This document shows positions 60,787 to 64,000 of a stretch of DNA of 64,000 nt, one piece after another (position 1 is the first letter of the stretch; each line of letters opens with the position of its first letter). Origin of the DNA: an uncultured Candidatus Izemoplasmatales bacterium (GTDB lineage Bacteria; Bacillota_I; Bacilli_A; Izemoplasmatales; Hujiaoplasmataceae); the NCBI GenBank assembly GCA_964535005.1, contig CAZHSG010000005.1, positions 5,647 through 69,646 on the forward strand, given 5' to 3'. The notes under the pieces were generated by a model. That model did no database searches, was not told the origin of the DNA, and saw nothing but the letters and a program-made list of their open reading frames with translations. Both the position numbers and the translations under genes were made by a program.

Positions 60787-62032
60787 AGTCTACCCTTCAA
60801 AGGCCAAAGGTACAATTGCTCCACCTGCATCTAAGTCAATATTGCACAGAACAATAATATCTGCAGTTTTATCAAAAGGTACAAGTTTAATTTCGAATAT
60901 AATTTACAGTGAAGATGTACTAGCAACCATCAATGCTTTCAAGTCAATGGGAGTAAGTATAGTTGAAGGTCCAGATACACTGCTTATTACCTCTAATGGT
61001 ATAAGTGACTACAAGGGTGATTTAGTTATCAACTGTAACGAGTCCGGGTCAACAATGCGGTTCCTAATACCTGTTTTGTCTAATAGTAACAACGTCTATT
61101 TTCAGGGAAAAGCCGGTTTAATTAATAGGCCTATGGGTATATACGAGACGATATTCAATGATCAAAACCTTGAATACAAAAAGACAACTACATCTATTAA
61201 AACTAGGGGTCGACTATCTCCTGGTACATACAAGATCCCAGGTGATGTTAGTTCACAATTTATATCAGGTCTACTGTTCATCTTGCCTACGCTGAAAAGC
61301 GATTCAACAATAGAGGTACTAGGAAACTTAGAGTCAGCTGACTATATCGCGATGACAATATCTACACTCGAAAAGTTCGGCGTGGTAATAGCGAAGGAAA
61401 AAAACTTCTACAAAATAAAAGGAAACCAAGAGTATATTGCAACAAATGTTGAAGTTGAGACCGACTTCTCACAACTCGCATTCTATGCTGTTTTGGGTAT
61501 CATAAATAATAATGTACAAATCACCAATATTAATTTCAACTCACTACAACCGGATAAGAGAATTGTCGAAATCATCGAGTCCATGGGTGGAGATATTTAC
61601 AAAGAACATAACTCTGCTACTTTCAAAAAATCAAAAACCAAAGGTCAGATAATTGATGTTAGTCAGTGTCCAGACATTGCTCCTATATTAGGAATACTTG
61701 CTGCTTGCTCAAAAGGCAAAACTAAAATCACCAATGCAAAGAGGTTAGTTTTGAAAGAATCAAATCGTTTACTATCGACTTATAAAATACTGAAAAAATT
61801 TGGTGTCAACGTGACTATGGGTGATGACTCACTAGAGATAAATGGAGCTAATGTTTTAAAAGGTAATACATTTGATTCGTTTAACGATCATCGCATTGCA
61901 ATGTCATTGAGTATAGCTGCTACAATTGCTGATTCAAAAGTCACAATTAATAACGCAGAAGTTGTAAATAAATCATATCCTAATTTCTACAAAGATTTAC
62001 AATTATTAGGAATTAAGATAAAATACTTGTAG
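60776..62032 (+). CDS. aroA: 3-phosphoshikimate 1-carboxyvinyltransferase (EPSP synthase)
   Basis: SKS..HR, NESGSTMRF, SSQFISGLL, KESNR, NDHRIAM, KSYPNF. Confidence 0.96.
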   Translation: MKVEVYPSKAKGTIAPPASKSILHRTIISAVLSKGTSLISNIIYSEDVLATINAFKSMGVSIVEGPDTLLITSNGISDYKGDLVINCNESGSTMRFLIPVLSNSNNVYFQGKAGLINRPMGIYETIFNDQNLEYKKTTTSIKTRGRLSPGTYKIPGDVSSQFISGLLFILPTLKSDSTIEVLGNLESADYIAMTISTLEKFGVVIAKEKNFYKIKGNQEYIATNVEVETDFSQLAFYAVLGIINNNVQITNINFNSLQPDKRIVEIIESMGGDIYKEHNSATFKKSKTKGQIIDVSQCPDIAPILGILAACSKGKTKITNAKRLVLKESNRLLSTYKILKKFGVNVTMGDDSLEINGANVLKGNTFDSFNDHRIAMSLSIAATIADSKVTINNAEVVNKSYPNFYKDLQLLGIKIKYL

Positions 62033-62040
62033 GAGGTATT

Positions 62041-63021
62041 ATGAAATCTATAAATATAAAATCCAAACATAGGAACTATTCTATTATAATTAAAAACAAT
62101 CTCTTGAATAACTTAGGAGATTATTTGGATTTGAATAGATTTTATATCATTATTACCGATGATTTAATTCCTCAAATTTATATTGAAAAAGTACTAGGTT
62201 TTTGTCCACAAAATTTGCTTATAAAATTCCCGTCTGGAGAAAGCTCAAAATCCTTTTTTGAATACGAAAGAATCATTTCAATTTTACAAGAAAATAATGT
62301 CGGAAGAGACGCATGTATAATTGCACTTGGTGGAGGAGTTACAGGAGACTTATCCGGCTTCATTGCATCAACATATTTAAGAGGTATAGATTACATTCAA
62401 ATTCCAACTTCTTTGCTTGCTCAAATTGATTCTTCAGTTGGCGGAAAAGTTGCGATTAATACAAACAAAGTTAAAAATTCTGTAGGAAACTTTTACGCTC
62501 CTATAAAAGTCTTAATAGATCCTGAAACCATAAAGACTTTACCACCAAGACATTTCAATAATGGTTTGGGTGAAATGATTAAATATGGAATGATTCACTC
62601 TAAAGAATTATTTGAAAAAATATTAAACCAAGATGTCTCTGATCACTTAGAAGCTTTTATTTATGAGTCATTACTAATAAAAAAATATTACGTTGAAAAT
62701 GATGAATTTGATAATTCAATTAGACAAATTCTTAATTATGGTCATACTTATGGACATGCATATGAAGCATATTATGATTTTAATAAATACTTACATGGAG
62801 AAGCAATTTCTTTAGGAATGATTAAAGTATGTAATACAAAAGAAACTAAAAACAAACTTATTGAAGTGCTTAATAAATATAGTTTACCTACTTACGATGA
62901 AGTGCAAGAAGAAAGACTAGTTCCATATATTAAAAATGACAAAAAGAATATTAACAATCATCTAAATCTTATTATTGTAGATGAAATAGGAAAAGCATAT
63001 ATTAAAAAGATAAACATTTAA
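62041..63021 (+). CDS. aroB: 3-dehydroquinate synthase
   Basis: ALGGGVTGDL, PTSLLAQIDSSVGGK, LNYGHTYGHA, HGEA. Confidence 0.96.
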   Translation: MKSINIKSKHRNYSIIIKNNLLNNLGDYLDLNRFYIIITDDLIPQIYIEKVLGFCPQNLLIKFPSGESSKSFFEYERIISILQENNVGRDACIIALGGGVTGDLSGFIASTYLRGIDYIQIPTSLLAQIDSSVGGKVAINTNKVKNSVGNFYAPIKVLIDPETIKTLPPRHFNNGLGEMIKYGMIHSKELFEKILNQDVSDHLEAFIYESLLIKKYYVENDEFDNSIRQILNYGHTYGHAYEAYYDFNKYLHGEAISLGMIKVCNTKETKNKLIEVLNKYSLPTYDEVQEERLVPYIKNDKKNINNHLNLIIVDEIGKAYIKKINI

Positions 63022-63031
63022 GGGGGGCTCT

Positions 63032-64000
63032 ATGAATACAATAGGCCAAAACATTAAAATAACTTTTTTCGGTGAATCTCACGGAACGCATATCGGTATA
63101 GTAATTGATAACTTACCGTCAGGATTAAAAATTGATGAAGACTTAATTAAATTTAACCTTTCAAAAAGAAGACCTGCGGAAAATATAAGTACTACTAGAG
63201 TAGAAAAAGATAATTATCAAATTATTTCTGGATTTTATAATGGATTTACAACTGGGGGCGCTTTAACTTTTTTAATTGAAAACAAAAGTACACATAGTGG
63301 TGATTATAAAAACCTAAATCAAACCCCTAGGCCATCTCATTCAGATTATCCTGCTTCTATTAAATATAATGGATTTAATGATTTTCGCGGTGGTGGATTT
63401 TTTTCAGGCAGATTGACTGCTTTATGGATTATCATCGGTTCTATTTCTGAACAAATCTTAAAAAAGCATAATATTTTAGTTGGTTCACATATTTATAGTT
63501 TAAAGAATTTAGAAGATGAACCATTTAACATGAATGAAACAAACCAAAAACAACTTAAACAACTTAATTTAGATAATTTCCCAGTAATTAACTCAGAAAC
63601 TAAATCTAAAATGTTAGATTTAATTGAAAAAACTAAAACAGATCAAGATTCCATTGGTGGAATAATAGAATCAAAAGTCATAAACTTACCTGTCGGTTTA
63701 GGTGAACCTTATTTCCTATCCGTAGAAAGTTATATATCTCAACTATTATTCAGTATCCCAGCTATCAAAGGTGTTGAATTTGGTAAAGGATTTGATATAA
63801 CTAAAAACAACGCTTCTGAAGTAAATGACGAATATGTAATAAATAACAAAAAAGTATCTACCACTTCAAACAATAATGGAGGCATTTTAGGTGGCTTGAC
63901 TAATGGTAGACCAATCATAATAAAAACCGCCGTTAAACCCACTCCTTCTATCGCTAAAGCACAAAACACAGTTAACCTTGATACTTTAAAGGAAACAAAA
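63032..64000 (+). CDS. aroC: Chorismate synthase (3' truncated by the window edge; absent from the ORF track)
   Basis: MNTIGQNIKITFFGESHG, PRPSHSDY, RGGG.FSGRLTA, DSIGG, SIPAIKGVEFG, GGILGG, KPTPSI. Confidence 0.96.
   Translation, partial: MNTIGQNIKITFFGESHGTHIGIVIDNLPSGLKIDEDLIKFNLSKRRPAENISTTRVEKDNYQIISGFYNGFTTGGALTFLIENKSTHSGDYKNLNQTPRPSHSDYPASIKYNGFNDFRGGGFFSGRLTALWIIIGSISEQILKKHNILVGSHIYSLKNLEDEPFNMNETNQKQLKQLNLDNFPVINSETKSKMLDLIEKTKTDQDSIGGIIESKVINLPVGLGEPYFLSVESYISQLLFSIPAIKGVEFGKGFDITKNNASEVNDEYVINNKKVSTTSNNNGGILGGLTNGRPIIIKTAVKPTPSIAKAQNTVNLDTLKETK

Overview
AT-rich chromosomal segment of a free-living Mollicutes-related bacterium, most likely Izemoplasmatales or an Acholeplasma-like lineage. 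This is inferred from gene content: TGA is used as a stop, there are many Cys-lipobox lipoproteins, spoVG/rpoE/T-box are present, and glmU is missing from its usual position. The region is probably origin-proximal (mnmE, dnaX-ybaB-recR, ispE-spoVG-prs, ftsH, lysS, a parS-like site). Most of it is housekeeping: fba, tldDE, M32 peptidase, pyrG, rpoE, asnS with an Asn T-box, purB, folD and a tyrA-aroA-aroB-aroC operon. The standout is a ~21 kb locus (15.5-37 kb) that looks like a complete extracellular nucleic-acid foraging machine. It encodes two EndA/Bsn-type endonuclease lipoproteins, a PASTA3-LTD-thermonuclease lipoprotein and a 1874-aa apparently non-catalytic OB-fold/Ig/LTD surface lipoprotein. 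It also encodes a CUT1-type ABC importer with a stalked binding protein, a small Ca-loop lipoprotein, two DHH oligonucleotidases and a Na/Pi symporter. Five of the lipoproteins sit on Thr-rich tandem-repeat stalks, and two of these stalks share an in-frame inverted DNA homology. Other oddities: a stand-alone PTS enzyme I N-terminal half abutting dnaX, an alkD-like gene and a motif-altered phosphatase inside the Asn T-box unit, a non-canonical pyrG attenuator, and an all-FIVAR surface rod. No rRNA, tRNA, CRISPR array, transposase or integrase was seen. All domain calls are by-eye motif recognition, not database searches.
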